DNA of 64,000 nucleotides from Alloascoidea hylecoeti (taxonomy: Eukaryota), in assembly GCA_001600815.1 (NCBI GenBank), contig BCKZ01000009.1, forward strand, positions 522,194 through 586,193, in the 5' to 3' direction. Position numbers and translations under genes: made by a program. The notes beneath the pieces are model-generated. The model was not told the origin of the DNA and did no database searches. It worked only from the letters and a program-made list of their open reading frames with translations. Shown piece by piece: positions 35,583 through 47,002 of the stretch (position 1 is its first letter; each line of letters opens with the position of its first letter).

Positions 35583-36407
35583 ATGGCACCATCGACCACC
35601 TTATTAAGAACATGGCTATTAGAAGAAGTTCTTCGTTATGTTCAGCTATCCCCGTTGGATGTGTATCATTTCGGTCGGGGACGTAAGAAAGAGAAACACG
35701 ATAGAATTGTTAAAATACTAAAGGTATGCCATGTTCAATTATTCATAATATTATTCAATTATTATAACTAAACCATTATTTTTTAGTTTTTTACATACAC
35801 TGATCCAATTACATCAAATATTTCCGACAATTCAAATAGTATATTAGCAGAATTTACACCATCTTGTGTTTTAAAATATGAAAGTGAAGAAAGACAATCT
35901 ATAACAACACAAACTTTAAACAGAAATTTTGTAATACGTGATTCAACTCTGATATTTAGAGGAAATGATTATATTAAAAAGGTATTTGGATTAAATTTTG
36001 AAAAAAAGGAATTGGGTCAATATTTAGAGAGACGAAAAAAATTGTTACACAAAAAGGATCAAGGGGAAAATATTAATTATGGTAATGAATATATATCAGA
36101 TGGAGAAGAAAGTGATATAAAAGAAACTACATTATATAAGATTCCCGATGAATTACATATTCCTTTGACGAGACCAAAGATAAGCCGTCTTAATCAGAAT
36201 CAAATACCAAGTTTGGAGTTTAGAGGCCGTGAATTTCAATTTGCTATTTTGCAAATCAATGAAATCGAGATATTAGAAAGACATAATTCAGTTCCATATG
36301 CTGATATGCCTTTCATATATAGTACACCTCAATACGTAAACCAGTGGCAAAGTTTTTGTTTTGATTCTTTACCTCCTAATGATAATTGTTTTTATGGAAA
36401 TGATTAA
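35583..36407 (+). CDS. EST3: Est3/TPP1-like OB-fold telomerase-associated protein; exons 35583-35723, 35787-36407 (253 aa)
   Basis: Spliced: LLRTWL...RIVKILK/FF...ISDNSNSILAEFTPSCVLKYE...SITTQTLN..FVIRDSTLIF...ILQINEIEILER...PFIY, the Est3/TPP1-OB motif order as I recall it. Confidence 0.7.
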
Positions 36408-36499
36408 ATTAGATAGACAAATAGTTTGATTCACAATATATACAATTGAGTTTTATCTAATTTCAATATTAAATACTATTAACAAAATGCTTAAATCCA

Positions 36500-37792
36500 C
36501 TATTTGCCTATTTTGGCAGCTTTTCCTCTTGGTCTATCTTTAATCTTCATGTTATTACCCTTTCTTCTTGTTCTAAAACCGGTTTTAGCAAGAGTACCCC
36601 AGGGAGAGGTTGAATTTCTGTTACCCTTTGATTTACCTCTACCACCACCGTGGGGATGGTCACATGCATTCATAGCAAGACCACGAACAGTGGGTCTTAT
36701 ACCCCTCCATCTTGAACGACCGGCTTTACCAAGCATTGCATGCTGATGATCAGGATTAGAAACCACACCAATAGTACCACATGCTTCTAAAGCAACGTAA
36801 CGTTGTTCACCACTTTGTAGACGAACGACAGCTCTATTTTTATCTGGCAATTTTGAAACCAATCGCCCATAAGCACCAGCAGCTCTACAAAATATAGCTG
36901 GACCTCCTTTAACTGCACCAATATTATGAATGATGGCACCAATAGGAACCATTGAAAGAGGTAAACAGTTACCTTTTTGGGATGTCCTTGAAGACATAAT
37001 AGCTGGATCAATCTTACCTCCCATCAAGTCCATCAAATTTTGAGGAATACCAGATCTGAAAGATTCAACAGTATCACCCGCTCTTAATCCCTCACAAGCT
37101 GTAATGTAGGATAATTCACCTGCTTCATTTTTGATTAGGGCAATATGACTTGTTCTTCCTGGATCATATTCAATTCTTTGAACTGTACAAAGACCAGGCT
37201 CTTTTCTGATAAAATCAACTTGTCTTATTCTTCGTTTATGTCCACCACCTCTATGTCTACAAGTAATATGACCACTATTGTTTCTTCCACCTTTTCCTCT
37301 TTTGGCAATTGTCAAACGTCTGAGAGGTTTTCCTTTCCATAAATAGGGATAAATTGGTGCTCTGTACCATCTTAAACCAGGAGATAAGGGTTTTAGCTTC
37401 TTTAATTTAACACCCGATTTAGCATATTTGCCTCTTCTTTTAATCAAATCATCCTGTTTTTCTAATTCTGTAAGATTTGGTTCTGCTGGTAAAAGAGCTA
37501 ATTGTGCACGAAGAGCTGAGATAATGTTGCCCTCTTCTTCAATATTACGATCATGCATTGCATGAGGCCTGACTCTCTGTTTCTTAGCAGTCCCTTTACT
37601 GGAATCGCTGTTAATAAAAGAATCGATATCAGGTTCAGTGGGATCTGATGGAGTAGAACTGGTGCTTGCGGCCCTCCTGCTTTGTAGCAAATACAAGGCT
37701 GGTGAACAAGACACTCTGCTGGAGATCCCTATTATGCGAGAAGGGGCGACGATTCGGGCGGACCATAGCCTAGCAGCTTGACCCAAATTCAT
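36500..37792 (-). CDS. RML2: Mitochondrial ribosomal protein uL2m
   Basis: [42 protein letters not shown]; first ATG at 37792. Confidence 0.96.
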   Translation of the reverse strand: MNLGQAARLWSARIVAPSRIIGISSRVSCSPALYLLQSRRAASTSSTPSDPTEPDIDSFINSDSSKGTAKKQRVRPHAMHDRNIEEEGNIISALRAQLALLPAEPNLTELEKQDDLIKRRGKYAKSGVKLKKLKPLSPGLRWYRAPIYPYLWKGKPLRRLTIAKRGKGGRNNSGHITCRHRGGGHKRRIRQVDFIRKEPGLCTVQRIEYDPGRTSHIALIKNEAGELSYITACEGLRAGDTVESFRSGIPQNLMDLMGGKIDPAIMSSRTSQKGNCLPLSMVPIGAIIHNIGAVKGGPAIFCRAAGAYGRLVSKLPDKNRAVVRLQSGEQRYVALEACGTIGVVSNPDHQHAMLGKAGRSRWRGIRPTVRGLAMNACDHPHGGGRGKSKGNRNSTSPWGTLAKTGFRTRRKGNNMKIKDRPRGKAAKIGK

Positions 37793-38024
37793 AATGTTGA
37801 TAGTTCTCGTTGTTAATTGGAGGTGCGAATTTTGATTTTTCAAAGATTCTGGTCATGTGATACTCGGTCCAGCATATACGCATTCCCCGGTTGTCCGCGA
37901 GGATATGTCAGCACGGAGTCGCAATTCAGCCGGTAGTTGATTGGATGTGTTAGTTCGGAATCTCATTTGTCACTTCGTTCCTACAAACCTCCAAAGTCTG
38001 AGATCAAACAATCAATCAAACACA

Positions 38025-38722
38025 ATGGCCTCCCGTATGTTCATCAGATCCATGGCCTCTGCTGCCAAGTCCATCCATCCCCCAGTCCAACTCTTCGGTA
38101 TTGATGGTACCTACGCTTCAGCTCTGTACACCGCTGCTGCCCAGACCTCGTCCATTGAAAAGGCCGCCAGTTCATTGGCTTCTTTGAAATCAGTTATTGA
38201 GAAAGATGAAAAGTTTGGAAACATCCTTACCTACCCATCTTTACCTTTGAGTGAAAGAAAGGTTGTCGCTGAAGTTGTTTCTAAGACTGTCTCTTTGGAC
38301 TCTTCAGTTTCCAACTTGTTAAGCGTTTTAGCCGAAAACAACCGTTTGAACCTTTTACCTCAAGTTATTTCTCAATTCGAGATTTTGACCGATGCCCATA
38401 ACGGTGTAGTCGAAGCTACAATTACATCAGCTCAGGTATGTCAAGTCACCATTTGTCAATCTCAATTGTGAGCGAACTAACCAATTTTTTCAATTTTTTT
38501 ATTTGTATCATATAGCCATTGGAAAACAGATACTTAAACCGTATCCAAACCGCAATTTCAAAATCTACCTTTGTTGGAGAAGGAAAGAAATTAAGAATTA
38601 ATAACAAAGTCAATCCAGATATTCTCGGTGGTGTTGTTGTTGAAGTTGGTGATAGAACCGTTGATTTGTCTGTCTCTGGTAAAATCAGCAAGCTAAACAA
38701 ACTTTTAACAGAAGCCATTTAA
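38025..38722 (+). CDS. ATP5: ATP synthase OSCP subunit; intron 38436-38515
   Basis: PPVQLFGIDGTYASALY, LAENNRL, ILGGVVVEVGDRTVDLSV. Confidence 0.96.
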
Positions 38723-39127
38723 GTGCACTTATGATCTTAAAAATTATATAAAGTACTATACAGACAATGACGATATATCTATATGGTTCATGTAGCTATA
38801 TTCTACTTTGATCTTTGATTATAGTTAGTGTTATAGATCTAAATGCATTTGATAGAAAGATTTAAATTTTAATTAAAAAAAATATACATTTAAAATTTTG
38901 TAGAATATAATTAATAGAGTAAGATCTTATAATAGTACGGAAGTTCTCAATTGAAAGCTTATGAAAGTATGCAAATTACAAGATTCTGATTATCATTAAC
39001 AGACTTTCACTTCAATTTGAATTATTGATAAATATAAATATTTATATTTACGTATAAGAGTTTAGGTTAATAGATAAAACATTTTCTTTGTGATATAGGT
39101 ATTTATCAGTTGCAATAAATATTGATT

Positions 39128-41822
39128 ATGGATAAGAAAATTAAAACGATGGGCGCCGCGAATTTCCATTACCTGTCAAATACAATTCCTTCGATGAAAC
39201 ACATTTGTTAGAAGTGATTATAAACTACACAAAATTCTTTGATAGATATTTTCAAGCGCCCATTCATACAATCTATGGGTTCGAGAGTTCATTGTCGATT
39301 TTTTCACTACATCGGGAATCAATAAAACCGTGTTCGGCCAGGAATTTGAGGGAATTGAACTTAATACCGATGAAAAAATTATCGATATATTTGAGTTGAT
39401 AATAGCAAAAGAGTGGCATAATTTTTTGATTCAAAATTCAAATCCTTTGGATGCAATACTTGCAATCGAGTTCTTAATTAACAATATAAACTTTCTACCA
39501 TATCCTTCAAATATATCAAAATCTCTAACGACCTTTTTATCTCTAGTCATTAATAATAAACTTTTAAAATCATCAAGGCTATCTCAACATGATGATATAG
39601 GTTTAGAAACGACCATTGTCTAACGGAAAGTCGAGAAAAAAAAACACGAAGTTTCTTTATTTTCCTGTGAATTATATGACCAGACCAAACCAAAACTCTT
39701 GGAATTAAGAAGATAATTGATCTTAGTAGTGGAAATGGATATCTATGTGCATAGCCTCCAAATATGGCTATTGAGGATATCAAAGAAAGGAAATGACTTA
39801 CGAAAAATATAATTATAAACATGCAATTGATGTATTGGGATATCAGATAAGTTCGAGATTGCCATCTTACATTGAATTGTTATAATCTCGATTATAATTA
39901 TGTAGTGATACTTTGACGTTAAAGTTTCAACACGGTTTTTTATATGCATATATTAATGATTATGACCTTAAAAAAAGGTACAATTTTTTTCATTCGAGCT
40001 CTTTTTCTTTACCATTATCGCCAATAATCAACAGTATAATAAATATACCATGTAACTATGGAAAAAGCTCATTTGATTTCAGTGATTGATCTCAGCTCAT
40101 TTCAAAAAAATAAATATATGTTAATCAAAAAGAAGTTTTTATCAATGAGAGCCAAAGTATTGATTCAAATTGATCCAAAACAACCCCAAAAATGGTCGGA
40201 TCCCATAGTTTGTGAGGTAGTATTTTACTGTGGTTCCTACTCAATTAATTTTCAAAAAGATAGTTTTCTTTCAATATATTCTGTGACACATTCAACTTCA
40301 GTTAAAACTGATGTCAATAACAAATCATTAGCAACCCATACAATTCAGCCAGAATATAAATTAAAAGACTCATCTTCTGATTATTTTAAATTACCTTACT
40401 CTTTACATCTGGATGAAAATTATGTGTATCAAAGATACATGATTACCAGAACTAAAGATATTACCAGATCATATTATCTAGAAAATCATGAACAACATTT
40501 GTTGGTTTAATTTTTGGAACAGAAGAGAACAAAAACTTGCTTGAATTACATTTTAGAAAAGGACAACTTTACAATGAAAATCAGGGTAGGGAGGACAATC
40601 TCTGAAAATTGGGTTTTTTTGATCCTGCCATATAATAGTCTTTCCATAGAACCTATTAATATTACCGCAGGGAATCAAAAAATTGTAGATTCCAAGATGT
40701 TCAAGGATCTTGACCAAAGACTAAAAAATATACTTTTTTGTTTCTTTTCTTTGCCCAAGTATCTAATGTTGTGGTACATATTTTGTATATTAAGATGACT
40801 CGACGTCTTTCTCTGGTGATCTACCATTAATTTCAGTGGTAAATTTCAATAGAGCAGAGATATCTATTACTTACAGGTCTTGTTACATCAGGTAATAGGA
40901 TGGATCCTTATTTTTAAGGCCAGTTCCTTTTGAATTGCTTGACTGGTGAATTTGATATAGTTAAGGAAGAACTTGGAACCCAAAAGAAACCGAGTATTGA
41001 ATCCATTAAGTTTAAAATGGAAAACTTAAAAAATACTGTCAATAATCATCTCACAAACTTATTAATACGGCTCGAAGAACAAAATAAACTTGAAAATTGT
41101 GATGGTGGTAATGAATCTGTTTTAACTGGTCTTCATAGTTGTGGTAACTTATCTGTTCTGGCTTTAAGATATATACTTAAAAGGAATGATTATAATAGGT
41201 TGCTGCTATAATTTAATCACAACAACTCCAAAAGATGATAATTTGAAAGATAAAAAACGGGTTTCCAATAAGTTTATTATTGCGTCAAAAGTTAAGATGA
41301 AGGATTTGAATCGGCTCCAACAGCCAAAATGATCAATGCAGGTACCAATTAATTATAATTGGTCTCAGATCAAAAGATAAAGCTTAAGATTTTTTAAAAA
41401 TAATTTAAGCTTATACCATGCTATGCTACAAAAATTATTATCAGATAATCATATTTACCCTCTTAAAAATGAACAACCATTACTCATTGGTTCCATAAAT
41501 GAAAGGAAATATTATGATTTTATCGAATATGTGAAGCTCATTGGATATAAAATAGGGAGCGTTTATCCAGTTATAGAGACAGAGAATGGACTTAAATTAA
41601 ATACAGACTTATACCGGTGAATCTTTCCACTGATCCCCATATTTCGCAACAATTAGAAAGATATTAATTGATTCTGAACTCAAGATTAGAGTTTTACAAT
41701 CATTAAATATCAGAGATAAATTTTATTATCTACTAGAGCATTTTAATTATGTTCATATTATTGGAATTCTATTTAATGAAAATATTTCAACGAGGAATTT
41801 TATGATTAAAGTATCAAAATAA
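39128..41822 (+). pseudogene. Degraded METTL25/RRNAD1-like methyltransferase
   Basis: Ordered motifs in different frames with stops: KKKHEV, IIDLSSGNGYL, LTGLHSCGNLS, GFPIS, LFNENISTRNF. Confidence 0.7.
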
Positions 41823-42140
41823 TGTTTAAATACAGTTTTAAATTAAGACGAAGATAACATCTTTTCCATTCATGAAACCTGTCATTATAAAATGGTGTTA
41901 TTATTAATTATAAGTATATTATTTAGTATAAATCCAAATATATATATTAGTTTCATAAATGATTATATTAGTATATTAATTCATTGAAAATTATGAATGT
42001 TATAAGTATCCCAACTTGTACAGCCAACTTTTATTAAGTTGCATTTGTTTTTTTTTTTTAATTTATGCATATATATTTCATTAGTATTATTAGTATTTTA
42101 ATTAGTGTTAGTATTAGTATCAGTATTAGTGTTAGTGTTA

Positions 42141-43142
42141 TTAGTTGTTTTTCTTATCTTCTTCATCTGAAGAAGAAGAACTGTTTCTGTTATCCAAGAA
42201 CTCCTTGTATTTTTGAATTTGGATTTCCTTTTGTCTTGCGAAGTAGGACCTATTTCCATGATATTCCGTCTTCAACAATTTATCCCAGAAAGTAAAGAAA
42301 GGTTGAGAATAGTTAGTTTTAATACCGAAATGTTGATGATGAATATCGTGATAAACTGCATTGTTGGGGAATAACTTTTGAAATGGATCCAATGGTAAAG
42401 CGTATCCACAATGATCATCAACTGTTTTCAGCGTTGCGAAAGTATAGAGAATCAGACACTCCCGAGGTGTGAGGCCTATTATCATTGAAGCTAGGCCACT
42501 TCCTAAAGTATCCAACAAAAAACCTTCCAATGGATGATTATATAAAGCGCCATATGCGTATGGAACATAAAGACGGTGATGAACGGAGTGCAAATGCTTA
42601 NAAAGNAATCNGNTTGTGTGCATTAAACGATGTAAAAAGTACTGCCAGGAATCAATGAAGGTAAAAGCGCCGAAGATTCTGATGGCAGAAAGAATGAAAT
42701 AATACCAAACATATATGATATTATCCGAAACCACCGGGAATCTTTGTTTAATTGCCCACATTTCAAAAAACTCCATTCCAGTCATCGGGACTTCGTCCAT
42801 ATAGTAGAATATCAGTCCAGCTAGTGTTTGTATTATATGTTGAGAAATAACCTCAGCGATTACTGAATTCAAGCTAACTTTGTTCCTCTTTGCAATTTCT
42901 TCTGGGGGATGAATTCTGTACTGGGGGCACCAATCTTTAACATCAATTAAATGAAAAAGAGAAGAATAAGACCAATATGCAATTATAGGAACGGCCAAGG
43001 CCAATATACCATCATCTACGAAAGATAATAAGTTCTGTTTAGGTTTAAGGGTAATCGCTGGTGGAGAAACCAGATGTAAAGCAACCGAAGTCTTATTGAA
43101 GTCCTCAAACATACTTATGAAGGACATGATATATATGATCAA
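42141..43142 (-). CDS. SUR2: Sphinganine C4-hydroxylase
   Basis: His boxes HRLMH, HSVHH, DDHCGY, HDIHH; four N bases at 42601-42613; start may be a downstream ATG. Confidence 0.95.
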   Translation of the reverse strand: MIIYIMSFISMFEDFNKTSVALHLVSPPAITLKPKQNLLSFVDDGILALAVPIIAYWSYSSLFHLIDVKDWCPQYRIHPPEEIAKRNKVSLNSVIAEVISQHIIQTLAGLIFYYMDEVPMTGMEFFEMWAIKQRFPVVSDNIIYVWYYFILSAIRIFGAFTFIDSWQYFLHRLMHTXXXLXKHLHSVHHRLYVPYAYGALYNHPLEGFLLDTLGSGLASMIIGLTPRECLILYTFATLKTVDDHCGYALPLDPFQKLFPNNAVYHDIHHQHFGIKTNYSQPFFTFWDKLLKTEYHGNRSYFARQKEIQIQKYKEFLDNRNSSSSSDEEDKKNN

Positions 43143-43797
43143 TTAATTATAGGCTTCAATGATATGAAAAGACCTTTTGGAATTCTTGGATGAAAAAAAA
43201 AAGTAGAAGAAGAAAAGAATGATTAAAGTTTTGGTGATTCCTAATGAATATATACTGGTAAAATAATATGGGGAGATATTTCTCCTGACCATGCAACGGA
43301 ATTGAAAATTGTAACCTCATGATACATTTAACTAGTTGTTAATAAAACTTGTAATTATAATCAATTTTTAAGCTTCTCCTTCTAGAATATATATCGAATA
43401 TGGCGATATAATGAAAGTTTCCACGGATCTTCCGGCTTATACGGTCAGGCGAGATGTTGATAATTCGTATAAGATCTTACACTATTCGCCTTAAACCATA
43501 CAATTTAAGGTTTCTATTAAGATAGACCTATCTATACATATAAATTAATTACTGTAATGATCCTAATTAGAAGTAGATTTGGAAGGTAATTTCGAACTTC
43601 TTTTATACTTATACGAGGTCATAACTATAACGATATTACATCAAATGAATAATTGAATTATTTATTATTTGCAATTGCAATTGCATTTAGTGACCAATTA
43701 TAGAAGTATCCAAGAATTCTATGTACAATATTTATTCATTAGCTTTCTCAGTCGATGCCTCTTCCTATCTTGAATAAGTTTATGGGCAGTTTTTTTT

Positions 43798-44568
43798 TCA
43801 AACTGGAACTTGCCTTGGCGTCTCTTTTAATTCAACAGCAGCCAATTGTTTTCTCCTGTTAGCCTCAACTCTTGCTTCATCAAACTCCTGTTTAATCTTC
43901 TCACCAAGATTTTGCAGAATGACAGATTCTTCTCTAAGATTAAATCTAGGGAAAGTTGTATGTTCAACCTCTTTAACCCAGTGCTTTAAGTCACCTTTAC
44001 GCCATTCATCTTCCCAATAAATTTTTATCTTTCCAAATCCGACTTTATATGGATCAGCTGCTACTGAATCATTTTTCAACCCTTGGGTAACACTAGCCAA
44101 ATCAGCAACTGCTTCTTGAGACCAGGTAGGTCTAAATTGACAATAATGTGCAATGTTATGGAAATGATCTCTCCTTCTCATTTCTTCGGTTTTCTTTCGG
44201 AATACCTTTTCTCTATAATGTCGCAGAGTAACTAGTGATTCGTAGGCTTCAGTAGCTAAATCGTATGTTGGAAATTGTGCTACAGCCATTATTCTCCAAG
44301 CATCACGACGAGTTGATGGCTTCCTATTTTCCCAATTTGGTCTCTGGAATTGTTTTTTGATTTGATAGTCCTAAATCATCATTTTATAATGTTAATAATC
44401 ACATCGGTCTTATATATAATTCATGGAAATAAAATTTGAGATACAAACAGTGTAATGGGGAAATTGGGAATATAGCACTTGACCAGTTTCGATATGACGA
44501 AAAAGATAAACGGTAGGAGGTCTATCATTTCTTGACAGCCATTTTGCAGCTCTGAACCTGTTAGCCAT
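43798..44568 (-). CDS. MHR1: Mitochondrial Mhr1/mL67; exons 44568-44449, 44370-43798
   Basis: VYLFRHIETGQVLYSQ...FQRPNWENRKP..RRDAWR.MAV, QFRPTWSQEAVADL, IYWED. Confidence 0.88.
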
Positions 44569-44708
44569 CTTTCCTTTTTTCCTTATGAAGAAAGGTAGAT
44601 TTTTCAAGGTGTTGAGATTTAGATTTCGGTGTATCTGCACATCCCGTTGCGGCAGTTATGCAATGCTGAATTCATAAAGCAAATCAATTCATCTGAATAG
44701 GAGCAGAA

Positions 44709-45635
44709 ATGCCAATTCCTAGTCTTGAAACCCTTAATCCTACCTTTTATTCACAATACATCAGACAAAATGAGGGTTCGTCTCTTGGTTCTGTTAATGC
44801 CACAATTGACAGTAAAAGCTTGATTGATCATTGCCAAGCTGCAGAATTGGCTATATGGATCCATGAGCATGATGTGGAAAATCACCCTTATTTATACCAC
44901 TTTTATGTCATTTATTTATTTGGTTTGGTGATTGATGGAGAGATAACCGAATCAAGAAATCTTGCAAATAGAGTTATTCAATTATCTCAACGTCCTCGTT
45001 TCAAACAATTATTAAGGAGTCGAGAGTTAAATTTAGCTGTACAATTTGTTTTCGCTGTTTCTGACTGGAATCTACAAAAGATATGGGAAATATTAAATGA
45101 TGATAATAATGTTAAGTTTGAGGACTTTGCTGCAAAACAAGAACGAGACAGTAAAAACGTTTCTCAAAATATTGAAGGCCCAGATCAAGATTCAGATCCA
45201 AGTGTAAATATTTGGCATTCTAACCCCATTTTTACATCTCTCATCTATACTCTCAAGAAGAATCTTCTAAATACAATAATCGCCACAATTATTAAGTCTT
45301 ATACATCTATACGTATAACTACTGTACAAAAATTACTATTCCTTAAACGATTAGATAATTCAGATATATTGACATTGCTGAATAGTGTTGTGCCAGGGTG
45401 GAGAATAGATGATGACGAAAATTCAAATGAAGTTGTTATTCCTCCTTCTGAAAGAGATGTTAAAATTATATACATGGGAAATAATCCACCTGATGGCAGT
45501 TTCAAGTATTACAAAAGAATATATAATATCGAATTTGCTTCTATTACAACATCGGCTAAAGAAAAAGGAAATACTTTGCATGTTGACAGCCAAATATCAC
45601 AACTAGTTCAAATATCAAAAAGACTAGCTCAATAA
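44709..45635 (+). CDS. PCI-domain protein, COP9 signalosome subunit 8-like
   Basis: LFGLVIDGEITESRNL, IIKSYTSI..V..LL, GW, and terminal QISQLVQI..L helix fit the CSN8/Rpn12/eIF3k pattern. Confidence 0.6.
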   Translation: MPIPSLETLNPTFYSQYIRQNEGSSLGSVNATIDSKSLIDHCQAAELAIWIHEHDVENHPYLYHFYVIYLFGLVIDGEITESRNLANRVIQLSQRPRFKQLLRSRELNLAVQFVFAVSDWNLQKIWEILNDDNNVKFEDFAAKQERDSKNVSQNIEGPDQDSDPSVNIWHSNPIFTSLIYTLKKNLLNTIIATIIKSYTSIRITTVQKLLFLKRLDNSDILTLLNSVVPGWRIDDDENSNEVVIPPSERDVKIIYMGNNPPDGSFKYYKRIYNIEFASITTSAKEKGNTLHVDSQISQLVQISKRLAQ

Positions 45636-47002
45636 CTGAAGATTTTTATAACCACAACTAATTAGGAATATTATCTTTATAAGAGGGTCTGTATATTTGA
45701 TACTTTGCGCTAATCACACCCAATAATGGAAGTCATCATAATCATTTATTGTAATTGGTTATATTAAAATTTTAAGTAGTACACAAGCCGGAAGATATTA
45801 AGCAATGGAGTATTTGTAATTAAATAGATGTCCACCATAAGATCATTTACACAATAGGTATCTGAATTAAGTATGAACCCAATGAACCTATAAGCAGCAG
45901 ACATAAACATCGGTGAGGCTCTGACGAACATAAGATTTTATACATATAGAAAGCCTATAGCACTATAATATAATGGGTAGATACTAGATATTGATTATAA
46001 CAATTCAATTTCTATGATGTATACCGGTATAAAGTATCACCCGTAAGTAACTTAAATCCTTATGCTTAGTCCAAACCAAATCATTGGATTAGAACTGACC
46101 GTAATCATTATGATCTGCATCTTTTAGCTATAGATATTAGATACCCCAAATTTCAGTCAAGATTTTCTGGGTGAGAAAATATAGGGGACTAATACCAAAT
46201 TCATATGAGCATTGAGCATATATCAATAAATTTCATTATTTCTTACTAGCTCTCATGATTTAAGGGGATCTTAAGTTTTCTTCCAAGGCTATTTATTAAT
46301 TAGATTGATATAATGCTTATAATGAACAGAATCAACTTTTGTGTAATTATAGCTTTAGGTTCAACTACTCATGATCAGCTTACAAGGATAACTACATTCA
46401 ACACTAAAGACTATAATTAGTAAATTTGCACAAAACACATTCGCGACATATAGCAAGTATTATCAGCGGAACACATAATCAATTCGTGATTTATGGGACT
46501 ATAATGCGTTCCATAATTCACTTATTATCAAACAGATAATTACAAGTACTTATAAACTTGTGTTTGTGTTCGTTCGGTGCATGACAATAGACAAATACAG
46601 AGTATGTAAATTTCATTGTGACACTTTATAAATCGTAATAATATGCCGATTTCAGCGCCAAACAAATATTATGAACTGTATTTTGTAAAAGTATTAATTA
46701 TTAACTATTATTATTCTCTATATTCTATATGTGAGCACTTAAAATCTTAATTGTTTTGAACACTTTCATCTCTTTCTTTGTTCATTTGCTTGGAATTGGG
46801 GTGTAACCTTCCAATAAGATTCATCTCCGGATGCATTGATAATGAACAACATCACAAGGATTATACCCATAACTATATAATGATACAATATTAATATTAT
46901 AAATAGAAAAATAGAATTGACTTATAAAGTCCATGAATCAATCAATATCCACTCGACTTCTCTGTAAGCTTAGCGATAATTGATTGTTTAAATTTAAAAG
47001 CA

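Noticed and set aside
42065..42295. 76-aa ISISIS ORF
   Set aside because: (ATTAGT)-type repeat overlapping the SUR2 3' end on the opposite strand
42601..42613. N bases inside SUR2
   Set aside because: Assembly ambiguity; frame is preserved
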